DNA of 63,396 nucleotides, counting the filler, from Choristocarpus tenellus KU-1152 (taxonomy: Eukaryota; Protista; Phaeophyceae): NCBI GenBank assembly GCA_964200185.2. It is 13 parts of 13 records of this genome, joined end to end, with 100 filler letters (N's around TTAATTAATTAA, not from the genome) between each part and the next. Parts side by side here need not be neighbours in the genome. Positions count along the whole stretch, not along the records: positions 22,764 to 29,599 come from CAXNAD020007244.1; positions 29,700 to 32,328 come from CAXNAD020026139.1; positions 32,429 to 39,540 come from CAXNAD020006677.1; 10 more parts are not named here. One strand, given 5' to 3'. Both the position numbers and the translations under genes were made by a program. Below are positions 26,401 to 37,764 of this stretch, one piece after another. The notes under the pieces were generated by a model. That model was not told the origin of the DNA, did no database searches, and worked only from the letters and a program-made list of their open reading frames with translations. Every line of letters starts with the position of its first letter. The stretch's first letter is position 1.

Positions 26401-27033
26401 TCATCGTCGGTCTCTGTTGTTGTTGACTCAGGAATTGCTGTTGACAGGGGCTCGAGGCCATGCAGGAGGGGATACCAAAACACTACCAAGACAAGTCCCC
26501 CCAGGAGCGAGCACGCAGTAACCAAAGGAAGCCATAGTACAAAAGGGACGACCAAGCTGAGTCCAACAAAGACCTGCTGACTGGGAGAAGCATCAAGGTG
26601 AAGAGAGAGAATACGGTTTGATACCTTGTCGTCGAACTGGGTCGTTGTTCATCGAAAAGGTTAAAGTTTAGCCTTAAAGGAAAACAAGGAGCAGAATTGA
26701 GATAAGGGATTAGGCGTGCCTCGTTCATTGCATGTTATCAAAATAACATCACAGAGGTTTGGCATCCCCGTTTGGATGTAAAAAGTACCTGCGGGTAAGG
26801 ACTTGTGTCCGAGCCAGAGAGTGCACTGCGCTGACATAGCATGGTACCAAAAAGAAGGCAGCGGTTGCGACCAAGCACACGGTGAAAAAGAGCACCAGGG
26901 GGGCACACAGCAGGATTCCTCGCACGATTGCCAGGGGCAGCTTCAACACCCAACTAGGTTTGGGATGGCAACCGGGTGAATGGTCATCACCTTGTGCAAG
27001 AGGAATCTCACCCTGCTCCACCTCGTCTTCCAT
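23451..27033 (-). CDS. multi-pass membrane protein resembling plant At3g27390-family proteins, 3'-partial; exons 27033-26789, 26580-26169, 25811-25581, 25153-24980, 24498-24301, 23519-23451
   Basis: Exons are phase-consistent with several hydrophobic helices. Motifs VFVGLSLVVPFVLWLPLVTACSLLGG, WALVVDFYNFHRH, GSLLDG......VVADFD and VCQAEGISLLSQG are collinear with the plant family as I recall it; no search was run. Confidence 0.65.
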
Positions 27034-28521
27034 CACCTATTTTTTTATAGGTGAGATTGCCCTATTTATCGTTTAAGACAAATATAAATTAGTCCTGTGT
27101 CCTGGTAATATAGAAACTTGTACACACCGAGAAATCTTTTACCAGCGTACTGCACCAGACACAGAATGCTCAAGATTCTAATTAGTAGGAAACATGACCT
27201 TTGTCGCTTTACTCAGGCAAGGCCAGGCAAGGCTTGAGCTGTTGTTTCCCACCCCTGTGCAACATCCACATGCCTTAACTCTATCTCTTTTCAACAAGTG
27301 TTACATTTTCAATTTCTGTGACATTTTTTGCCTTGGACAGGCTTGTTCCAGTTAGTTGTTGTGAAAGCAAACAATGTCTTCTAGTATTCTTATGTTTAGG
27401 ACATTTTATATACACATATGTATATAGTTTCATTGGTTCCCCCTAACACATCTGCAAAATATCAGGGGGCATAATAATAAAAGAATCACAATTCAAAAAC
27501 ATTTATCTCATACCGCCAAAATCTATTTTGTTTAAAATGAGATCTTTGTTCATAGAGATTTGGAGTTCTTGAGTTCTTGAGTTTTTGACTCTAGAAATTG
27601 CGGTTTCGAAAACGAACTCTAACAAATGTTGGCTGGGCAATGTCCATTTCCATCATGATGACCTTCACCAAAATCTTTGACATTTAACTGATCAATAATC
27701 CCATCTCTCTTATCCAAACACCAATAGAATGCACTTCGTTCTAATCAATACTCCATCCCGAAAAAAACCCAAAACAAACAGGGCTGGTCGTTGATGACAA
27801 CCTTCCTATTCTAATCTAATGTCCAAATCTTTCAAATTCTGTCTGCTGATGGTCTTGTTCAGCGTACCCCCACACATTTTGAATTGAGTAGGTTTAGAGC
27901 CGCTTTCCATCCAGTACTGTCTCCTTTATCAAACGATAATTCCTTACGAATTGCGGGGAAAAATTCTATCTCATTCCACTTACCACCCACTGCCACGAGG
28001 TCTGAGATAGTTTTGGCAGTGGAAGGGACCTAGGTCAGCTCAGAATACAAACTCCATTTTTCGAGACCCTTGGCGCCTACTAGAGTTCGGGACCTCCAAC
28101 CAGAGTCATTTCTATCAAAGCAGAGCTCCTTGCAGAACCCCTCGTGAGTACACTCGTCAGGTTCTTTGATGATTTTGAGTGAAGCATCATGCCAGGACTG
28201 CCGAATTCCTTCGTCTCTCTGTGCACATATAGTTCTAGAGTTTGTCCTGTTCGTGATGCATATTTTCCGTTGGGCTTGCATGCGTTCCAATATCAAGATC
28301 GCTTGACTACCTGCATCAATTGAGGGATGGGTGGGAGGGGAGGGAGGGTAGGGATGGGTAAAGGCTTGAGTGGGGGAACTTCGCCTCATTCCCGCAGTCA
28401 CTCGTTACCCCTCATGCAGTCACGTTCGTTCATGGCAGAATAACATGCATGCCAGTTATAGATATGGTATCTGTTCTATTGATGGTTAACTCCCCTATCT
28501 GCTTGGATGTTTCAGGTGAGG

Positions 28522-29599
28522 ATGAACTCTCGAAGCAGCACGTCATCGGCACGATCAAACATAAATTACTCTAGTTTCTGTGGATTCCCTGGTCCAGGGA
28601 ACACTCTGCGTATCCCAGATGTACCCCCACAAGTACCTCGCAGACCACCCAGTAGAGGTCTCAGGCGGGAAACTCTGGATGATATTGCTCGGCGCATTCC
28701 CCTGGACGTCATGCGGCCATATTTCAACTACCCTCTTCGTCAAGCAGCTAACGTGAGAGCACGTCCATTGCCCCCTTTTGTAAAGTGATGTGCTTTTCAG
28801 AAATTTGTTGTAACGTGCATGACCTTTTTTTCAATGAGTAGTCTTCAATTAAACACACAGTTGCTTGTGTCTGGATGTGATTTTTGGGTGCGGAGGGTTG
28901 TCCGTATATGTTTGCGGTTTTGTAAGGGCGGAGGATTTTTGGTGAGTACCTACCTACCTGTCACTATATATCCTCTCCCTTCTTCGGTTCAAACACCTCT
29001 TTTTCTCGACTTTGATTCTATCAGTTCGTATCCTAGAGCTGAACCACTCTTGTCTTTCAGGCCTTCAGGTATTCTCATGATGCACAACTTTTCACTCCGT
29101 TTTCGTCCTCCCTACAAGCCGCACACCTCATCACCTCAGTAACTGACGGTATTTCACTTCTTTTGTCGTTGATTGGTCGTCCCCCAAACAAAGGCTATGA
29201 ATATTTCCGTTACCACCCTTAAGCGGCTGTGTCGGCGCCACGGCGTTAAACGCTGGCCACACCGTCAGATAAGTGGCATCAACAGAGCTATTAGACACCT
29301 GGAAAACCAGGCAGACTGCGGAGCTGCTGACTCGTCATTGGTAACCGACCAGCTCCGTCAGTTGCACCGACGGCGTCAGATTATTGTGGAGCTAGCCATG
29401 GGCGACGATGATCAGGATGCTAGCACTAGCTTTGCTTTTGGTGCACCTTCATGTCCCAGTTCTCCCGCTGCGTCGGACACAGACTCTGTGGATGGTGTAG
29501 GCACAACAATGAATTCTTCCTTATGGCCCTCTGCACCTGCCCCAGGAGGTGTCCTGGCACGGGGTGGTGGTGGGGGAGGACCCCCCCGTCCACCAAACC
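28522..29599 (+). CDS. RWP-RK domain transcription factor, 3'-partial; exons 28522-28752 and 29194-29599
   Basis: The spliced domain IPLDVMRPYFNYPLRQAAN-AMNISVTTLKRLCRRHGVKRWPHRQI is a canonical RWP-RK domain, followed by a coiled-coil segment. Confidence 0.92.
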
Positions 29600-29699
29600 N
29601 NNNNNNNNNNNNNNNNNNNNNNNNNNNNNNNNNNNNNNNNNNNTTAATTAATTAANNNNNNNNNNNNNNNNNNNNNNNNNNNNNNNNNNNNNNNNNNNN

Positions 29700-29932
29700 G
29701 CGCACTCGGGGGTCAACACCCAATGCCGCTACGTCGATGTAACGATCGCTATCGTGTTTGTTAGGAAGTGTCAATATCCTTGTTCCGGACACACCTTTTC
29801 ATAACACGTATACATTTTACCTAATCCAAAATTATTTTGGTGTGGGAAAATTTCATAAAAACCCTGAGGGAAGCCAAGCCCCAAATGGAGACAAACAGGG
29901 CAAAACTCGTACCCTCTAAGATACTTTCACTC
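29700..29932 (-). mobile_element. MITE family B, truncated at scaffold start
   Basis: Ends GTACCCTCTAAGATACTTTCACTC. The internal motif AAGTGTCAATATCC...CCGGACACACC is shared with 11100-11130 (inverted) and 34107-34136. Confidence 0.8.
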
Positions 29933-29934
29933 TC

Positions 29935-30860
29935 ACCCCGGCTTCCATGTGTGTGTCCTCCCAAGCTTCTTTGAGGAATGCCTTTATCTTGGCAGCTACC
30001 CTCCTCTTAATAGCCGTCTGTAACACAGCGTCAGCACGCCCGAAGTCTATGTCTCCTAGACAATACTGGTTGCGCTTGGTGACCAATGTTGCCATGCACA
30101 TGCGACGATCAGAGTCCTCTTCCGTTTCCCGGACGTCGGGGTGGGACGCGTCACAGCTGAAATCGCGCCTATACTCCAGGATAGCGGCAACCCATGGCAC
30201 CATCCAGTGGAATATGTCGAGAATGTTGGGCCCATGTGACCTACTGGCCGCCACACTCTCTCCTATCGAAATGGATTCAGCCTTTTCGCGGCTGCAGTTT
30301 GGATAGATCTACCACATGAAGCTCCTGTGATCGCCGATCTGGAGGTTCGCTCCGACGTCCAAGGCCCATCGCGTTGTGACGTGGGCCGGGAGGTTGATGC
30401 CACATGGGACATTATCCTCCTTTGTGACGCATTCAATTGTCCTCAGCACCATTATGCGGTATTGTCCATTCAGAGAAAATGTTAGGTTGTCGTCGTTGTC
30501 TCTATCCCTATCATCGTCATTCTTGTTTACGTCCAGGTTGCCATTGGCAATGTAGTGTGCAAGTAGTTCGCCATTAGGTACACTAGAGGGCACGTTTGCC
30601 CTGCACATGTCGGCTTTGAAGTCGCTTATGGTTTCCATCTCGAACACAGTGAAAAAGGCTGCCCACTCAGGATCCCTGCGAGCCTATCGGCGGCAACCTG
30701 TGGGTCCGGCTCCAGATTCGAGAGCATAGACTCCACTCTACCGTTGTCAAGAACTCCACTCTACCGTTGTCAAGAAGGTTGGTGTTGTACCTCTGTGACA
30801 AGAAGTCAGATGTGGCCAGGTCCATCGTACATGTCGTGCTGAGGTTCGACGGGATCAAGT
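29935..30860 (-). pseudogene. intronless degenerate ORF of unknown family
   Basis: Successive minus-strand ORFs (30667-30858, 30309-30647, 29916-30254) give protein-like sequence broken by a stop and a probable frameshift. It is cut off by the MITE. Confidence 0.4.
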
Positions 30861-31199
30861 CTGTCGTCTTTTGGTCTTCATGATTCCTTGGGCCTCCAGC
30901 CGACTGTCTGTGAAGGTAGGGGGGGAAATGTTAGGACAATGGCATCAGCAAAGGAGAAGGATATCAACATCGGGGTGGATGCTATTGTTTGGCGAGCACA
31001 GCAAGGGTGTTTTTGTACGAACAGTGATGGACTATGTGATTAATGATGACGGGATCTGTACGGAGTGCAAGGTTCTTGTCCATGCGTGGGCTATGCAAAC
31101 CTGATATGAAAAGGGCGTAGCGATGCTGTGGACATGAGGACTGCACAGCGCTTTCTCGAAGGCCACTATTTGCTAATATATATCGAAGGGTAAACCCAG

Positions 31200-32040
31200 T
31201 CAACATGGGATGAGTATTGAATATGAGAACGCACCAATATCATACGCAGACAGGAAGGATTTACGCGCCGACCAAGGTAACATCTAGAGAGGGCAATCAT
31301 GCACAGGTTTGTGCTTGACATAGGGGAGACAGTAATGAATGGATTTGATGTGTTCTGTCGAACGGTAAAGGTCATCAATTTCCAAAGCACGGCAAGACGG
31401 TTGGGAGTGTGTGTGTCGATTTGAAACAGTAATCCTGGGCAGGAAAACATTACGGCGAATCTCGAAAGTGAAAGATAAAGATGAGAGGAATTTACGCGCA
31501 AACCCAGGTTAGATGTCGGGAGGGCAACCACGCACAGGTATATGCTTGACATCTGGCAGCCAGTGGTGAATGATTTGATGTGTTCTGTTGAACGGTAAAG
31601 GCCATCAATTTCCAAAGTGCGGCAAGACGGTTGGGGGTGTGTGTGTCCATTTGAAATACGAACAACTTGAGCTGGAAAACATTACATCAAACCGCCAAAG
31701 TGTAAGATGAAGATGAAAAGAATTTACACGCTGACCCGGGTTGGATGTCGGGAGGGCAACCATGCGCAAATTTGTGCTTGACAAAAAAGGCAGATAATAT
31801 TGAATGAATTTGATGTGTTCTGTCGAACGGTAAAGGCCATCAAATTTCAAAGCGTGGTAAGACGGTTGGGGGGGGTGTATGTCGATTTGAAACAAGTATC
31901 CTGAGCAGGAAACAATACGTCGAATCGCAGAAGTGAAAGCATGAATACACCAGTTTGATACGTACATGTCGATTTTGGAACGAACTTCTAAGCACAAATT
32001 TGGTATGTTCTGTCGGTCGGTAGAAGCGATCAAATTCTAA
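31200..32040. repeat. diverged tandem repeat, ~230-bp unit, about 3.5 copies
   Basis: The motif ATTTGATGTGTTCTGTCGAACGGTAAAGGCCATCAA recurs at about 31342, 31572, 31807 and 31997. Confidence 0.9.
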
Positions 32041-32234
32041 GTTTAGGGTTCGCGGGGTTCTTGGACTGAGATACGCACGCGTGATGATGCCGTCGTGCGA
32101 GTTTATCAAGATTGCATTGCCACACGATACGAACCTTATCGGGAAGGTTCCAATAGTATCGGAGCCCTTGCACGTGCATATTGAAGGTGTCACCACGTCA
32201 CCCTGGACAGACGGATGTTGTGGTGCGTGTAATT

Positions 32235-32449
32235 GGCTAACAAAGTATCTGGGGGGGGGGGGGGGGGGGGGGGGGGACGGTGAAAGAAAAGAAAAATTTG
32301 GCAAATGAGGTCTTCCCCCCTGTGTTTTNNNNNNNNNNNNNNNNNNNNNNNNNNNNNNNNNNNNNNNNNNNNTTAATTAATTAANNNNNNNNNNNNNNNN
32401 NNNNNNNNNNNNNNNNNNNNNNNNNNNNCCCCCCCAGATACTTTGAGCC
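32235..32449. mobile_element. MITE family A-type termini on both sides of a linker
   Basis: CAAAGTATCTG(n) at 32241 and (C)nAGATACTTTGAGCC at 32429-32449. The two lie on different scaffolds. Confidence 0.7.
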
Positions 32450-33419
32450 CGAACAGAGGTTGGAACAGTTCCAGACTGCTTTCGAATATCGGTAACCTGC
32501 CAATCTCAGAAGACTTTGCACTCTCAAGGTCCTCAGGAGCATTTGAGGAGTTAGTTGTCCTCTGACAAAGGGGCAACCTCTCCCTTTTATTCATTGATCC
32601 CCCTTTCCTCAGCCCTGGACACATTTTTTGACCATCACTCAGTTCCATGAAGGAAAAAGAAAGATGCCTCCAATATGAGTCTGTTAACTGTCTAACTGTA
32701 GTATTCAGCTATGTTTACAGTGTGATTGTGTGATGGTGAAATGTAATGGTGCAGGGTGTTATGTGATCATCTACAACCACATAACCCTCAGAAAATAACA
32801 AGAAAAAAAGTGGTCTACGTGCAGTATATACGTTGTTTGGAAAATAGAAATATATAGATAATTCTGTACTTCTATACGTATGTTATTAGTACTACATACA
32901 GTTTAATGTTATCATTATTTTCATCATTTTATATGTATTGATATTTATACATTGCTTTCTTTTGGTCTGAAACTTCTCCACTACCTCCACCGTACCTACC
33001 CATTGCCCCGTGGTCAGATAGTCCAATAGAAGTGCACACAGCTCTCTTTCTTTTATCCTACGAACTACCTTTTGTACTACAGTTATTTGGATCGCCCCCT
33101 GTGTGTCTTGGTTTTTCACGCGTGTTGGCCAGCCATCCCGCCACCTGCCGCTTTGCCTCTTCCCTCGAATCTGGTGCATACTTCCTCTGTGCGCAACAAA
33201 CCTTGGCACACAACCCCCCTTTTTTGTGGTATGGCCTCTCTAACTGGGGTGCGAACCTGGCCAGTCACGAGACAGAATGCAGGTAGACAACCACCTAAAC
33301 TACATGGACAGGGTCATATGATAGTGTTACTATACGATACACCCGTTCATACGTATGGTACACAGATTTGGACAATGGATGGATGGTTGCTTTTACAGAA
33401 GTTCAAGCAGCCTCCCAAC

Positions 33420-33770
33420 TACCCCATTCATCCACCTGCAATGGTGTAGCTGCTACTGCTGCAGCAGCTGAGGCTCAAACACGCTCCCACTAGGAGGGTT
33501 CATTTGATCCTCATAGTTTTGATCTGAACACCTCCATGGTGGAAAGTTTTGAGCGTCTTGGTTTGCAGGCAGAAATCTTCTTGGATGAGTTAGTCACAAG
33601 TGCAGTAGGGAGGAGAAGGGCAGGAGGACGTACCTGGAGAGGGCCTGTCAAGTCCCGTTTACTGCAGATAGTGTCCGTCACTTCACATGTGGCTCTCTCG
33701 AGACATGTAATGCGTTTCAAGGTAGAGACATCCGGTAGATGGGCAAGAAGGGGCCTTTCAGTGGTGTAGC
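33420..33770 (+). pseudogene. 3' end of a CRE-like (restriction-like endonuclease) non-LTR retrotransposon
   Basis: AAAAAEAQTRSH*EGSFDPHSFDLNTSMVESFERLGLQAEIFLDELVTSAVG...VKSRLLQIVSVTSHVALSRHVMRFK resembles the EKxxxY...VESxGRLG C-terminus of RLE-type LINEs. Confidence 0.65.
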
Positions 33771-34011
33771 ATAGCTGGTAGTCAAATAGTAAACAGATAA
33801 TAGAGATACACATCTTTCACATTTACGACAACTGATACTTTTACTGGGGTTCTTATGAAATTGAATTGGCGTTTCCCCTGACACATCTCCAAAATGTCAG
33901 AGGGCATAATGATACATATTGAATTGGCTTTTTCCATGACACATCTGTAAAATGTCAGAGGGCATAATAATATAATAATATTACTGTACTGTAGGTATTA
34001 TCCTCACCAAG

Positions 34012-34266
34012 GGGTGAAAGCATTTGAGAGGGTAGGGTCGAGTCCGTTCGGTATCATAAATCCAATATTGCGATTTTGATGGATTTTGGCTATCTTGTTT
34101 GTTAGCAAGTGTCAATATCCTTTCTCCGGGCACACCTATCATAGTCGTCCACATTTAGCTAACTGTGTTCACACTGAAAACCGAAAAAGGGCAAAGAAAC
34201 GGTGGGAAGTCAAGGCCTGAATGGACAAACAGGACAAAACTACTACCCTCTTAAATGCTTTGGGTC
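34012..34266 (+). mobile_element. MITE family B, full-length copy (255 bp)
   Basis: Imperfect TIRs GGGTGAAAGCATTTGAGAGGGTAG ... CTACCCTCTTAAATGCTTTGGGTC around a non-coding interior. Confidence 0.85.
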
Positions 34267-34713
34267 AAAATTCTGTGCGGTACAGTGGATTACTGTCTAA
34301 GTACGGTACTCATACTGTGCAAAACATACCTGAAAAAGAGGGTTGTAAAGAAGTGAAGAAACCGCGCAACTCACCTTCTTGCGATAATGGGCGTGACAGC
34401 GACGCTTTAAGCTTTGTATCAAGGTCATACCTACATATTAATATATTCTGTCCAAGTAGGTCAGGTGGATGTTCTGTCATGGAAGTGCCAGGTTCAAATC
34501 CTGGTTTGCAGACCCCAATACTCTTCTCAGGAAATTTCCCTTGGATAAACTGACAAACCACATAGGAGGTCCAATTGGGAAGGTACACCTTCCCCTTAGT
34601 ATCTTTCGCTAAACTAAAAAAAAAGTTACACAGAAAGATCCAGGTGATGGTGGTGAAGATTCGTTGTAGACGGATAGATTAATGCCAGATTCGAAAGGAG
34701 GTGGAGTGAGGAG

Positions 34714-34898
34714 GACCCAAAGTATCTGGGAGGGGGGGGTCTACACCAGGGTGACCATTTGGACCAAAATCAGGAAAAGTGCATTTATTTACATTATCCA
34801 TCGGACATATGCAACCAAATCACCCAAAAATCGCGACATGAAAATTTTGACCCCAAATGAACAGCTGCCACCCCCCCCCCCCCCAGATACTTTGAACC
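34714..34898 (+). mobile_element. MITE family A, full-length copy (185 bp) with possible 3-bp TSD GAG
   Basis: TIRs GACCCAAAGTATCTGGG ... CCCAGATACTTTGAACC, flanked by GAG at 34711-34713 and 34899-34901. Confidence 0.88.
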
Positions 34899-35792
34899 GA
34901 GAGGCAAGATGACTGAACCCAACACGCAAGAAAATTAGGAGTGGGACACAGGTAGTACAATTAATTATAGTACAACAGGTAGTTGGTGGGGTAGAAGAAA
35001 TAGTGCAATGTGAACTGCCATCTGACCACAGGCTAATGATAGGTATAGGGTGGAGGTAGTGGAAACAAGATAATTGAGGCGCACATATGACTTGTGTTGT
35101 TTCTAGCATGATGGACGCGATCTGTCGCAGGCAATCTTCACCGATCCTTTCCCGCTGAAATCTCGACCTCCCTATCACCTACTAAATCAGTCGCAGGCTC
35201 ATCCAAGACTTGTTCTGGCAGAGTGTTGAACCACCTGACTTTTCTGAAACAATCGCTACCCCTCTCATTTATTTAGTCGAAAAAGCATTTTATATTTTAT
35301 AACCTCCCGCGGGCAAGAGTGTCTCGCGCGCCATGCCCATCTCAACCTCGACTATGGCAAGTGAGGTCTTCGACAATCCTGCCACTGGAAGCGGTTACAA
35401 CTGTCCGTGGTATCCCGACGCTCGAGGAATTTCCAAACACCCCAGAGAGTCGGAATCTTGGTAGTCGAACGCTTTTCTTAAATTCTTGCCAAGTGTTAGG
35501 AGGGAAAGAGTGTCGCCAGGGCCTAGGGCGCCTTTTTGAAGTCCAGTATTCAGTCGAGATTCTCCGCAAGAGCATCTCTTCTGCGGGTTGCTTTCCCCAA
35601 AGGCGGTATTCTCCGCGGGGCTGTGGTAAGGTACGCTTTTACCTTGAAGGATTTGGGGCGAGCAGAGGAGGGAAGAGGTCGCATAGGGAGGGGAAACGTA
35701 CGGGTTACACGCTAGATTCGTGTCGTGGAGCTAACACGACACGCAGTGCTGGCCCCGGGTGGTAAGGGTCTTTGGACCCTGACGCCGGGGCC

Positions 35793-37513
35793 ATGCGCAC
35801 TCCAGACTCTTCGAAGCGATTGCAGCCCCGACCTTCGACAAGTGTGGGTATGACTTCGCTGTCGTCCCTCACTACTCTCTCCGCACATAAGTCTCAACCT
35901 CCTCAGACCAGCATGGTCGGGAACGTCGCTGCTCCCCGCTTGAACGGAGCGACCAACCCGCAGACTTTTATGAACGGAAGCCGCTTTGTGCATGGGGTAC
36001 CAATGTCAATCATGGGAAGAGCACGCTCTGTTGGCGGAGGAAACGTTGCTTCCAGCGACATTCACTCAGCAGCTGCCACTGGGGATGAAACAAGAGTGAC
36101 AGAGCACGTCCGTTCGGGAGCTGATATCAACTTTCGTGATGGTCGCCAGTGGTCCTTACTTCACCATGGTACGCCAACCGCAGCTGCCGTTAGTTCCTTA
36201 CTGCCTAATTTAATCCTTTGGTCAACCTTCAAGTATCTCTCGTTCCTGATCTGGAGCTCAGTTTGGGTCTATTGAGGGGCGGCACATTCACACTCAAGTG
36301 CACCTGGCTCTGATAATATTCCTGCAATGGATCTAGGGACCAACTGAACATTCCCCCCTCAACCCGCACCTTGCAAATGATATTACCCTTCCCTTTCATA
36401 TGCTCTTCCTGGGAATCATGAACAGCGTGCTTCCATGGTCACCTTGGGGTTGTCCGTGTTCTACTCAGGGCGGGGGCCGACAAGGAGGTCAGGACGGCTA
36501 TCGGACTCACCCCCCTGTGTTTGGCGTGCCAGAATGGCCACAAGGATGTGGCGGAGGAGTTGTTCGCAGGAGGGGTGTCTGTTGGTGGTGGAGGTTTGAC
36601 TCCAGCATCAACGGGATGCGTTGACGAAATTGTGGGGCGAGATGAGTTTATTCCCTCTGCCAACCCTACTCTTGCCCCAGCCCCAGCTCCAATGGCTCTG
36701 TTTATTGCAGCAAGGGAAGGGCATCTGGATCTCGTGCATCTCCTCCTGACAAAGGGGGGTGTTGAGGAAGCAGCACGCCCGGGACCTGATGGAAAGTTAG
36801 CAGGAGATGTTTTTGGGAAGGGAGTGGATGAGGACACTCGTGCACATATCAGGGTCTTGCTTGAGGAGGCTCGGGCTAGAGTAAAGCACGAAATTGTAGC
36901 CACTACCAGGTATGAAAGAAATGATCACTATCCTTTTCCTTTGAACTTGAACGCATGTTCCTATATTTGTGTGTATGTGTGTGTGTGTGTGTGTGTAGAT
37001 TTGAGACATCTCTAATTTTGGACAAGAGTAGAAAGTTTCTCATTTGGGAGGGTGTGGGCCATACTAATATTTAGCGGTTTCCATCTTGATGATACCGGTT
37101 GCTTCCTGCCCCTGCCCCCTCAACGATGCCTTTTCCTCAGATCTATCGAAGAGAAACGAAATCAGAACAATACCTCTGCCGGGTGGAGTCTGACAGGAGG
37201 AGGGAGGGAGACAACAGTGGGTGCTGGTATTTCAGCAGTTACACTGGCACCACCAATGGCAATTTTGCCAGCCACATCATCAGCAGAGAGGTCAAACAAT
37301 CCATTGGTCATACCGGGACAGGCGATGGGGCAGGGGCAGGGGCAGGGTGGTGCAAGCTGTAGGGTTGGTGCTGGGGCAGGTAGTGGAAGTGGCCGGGTTG
37401 GGGGAGGGGGCTTGAGGGGACTGGTGGGAATAGGACTGCCTACCACATGTGAAGCTGTAGACAGAGAAGGGACACACCTGGGTACAGAGTCTTTTGACCA
37501 AACAGAGGCACAG
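35793..37513 (+). CDS. ankyrin-repeat protein, partial; exons 35793-36168, 36426-36909, 37141-37513
   Basis: Spliced repeats DIHSAAATGD...GADINFRDGRQWSLLHH-ACFHGHLGVVRVLLRAGAD...GLTPLCLACQNGHKDVAEEL...ALFIAAREGHLDLVHLLL, joined across phase-consistent GT-AG introns. Confidence 0.85.
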
Positions 37514-37733
37514 GTGGGACAAGTGGGGGTTCGGGGTAGGGGGGATGGGAAGTGCAGTGCTGTGTTCAACAGGGTGGGGAAGGGGGAGGCGTGGGCATTG
37601 CTACACTTACTTGCTGCAGAGATGTTTGAGTCAAAGTACTGTTTATAGATCCATTTTTTGTTTTGTTTGGCTGTGACTGTTTGCCTCTATTTGACTTGAA
37701 CTTTGTAGTTGTCAGACTTTATTAAGACATACG

Positions 37734-37764
<31 letters not shown>

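Noticed and set aside
36439-37569. Long minus-strand ORFs opposite the ankyrin gene
   Set aside because: They are antisense shadows of GC-rich coding exons.
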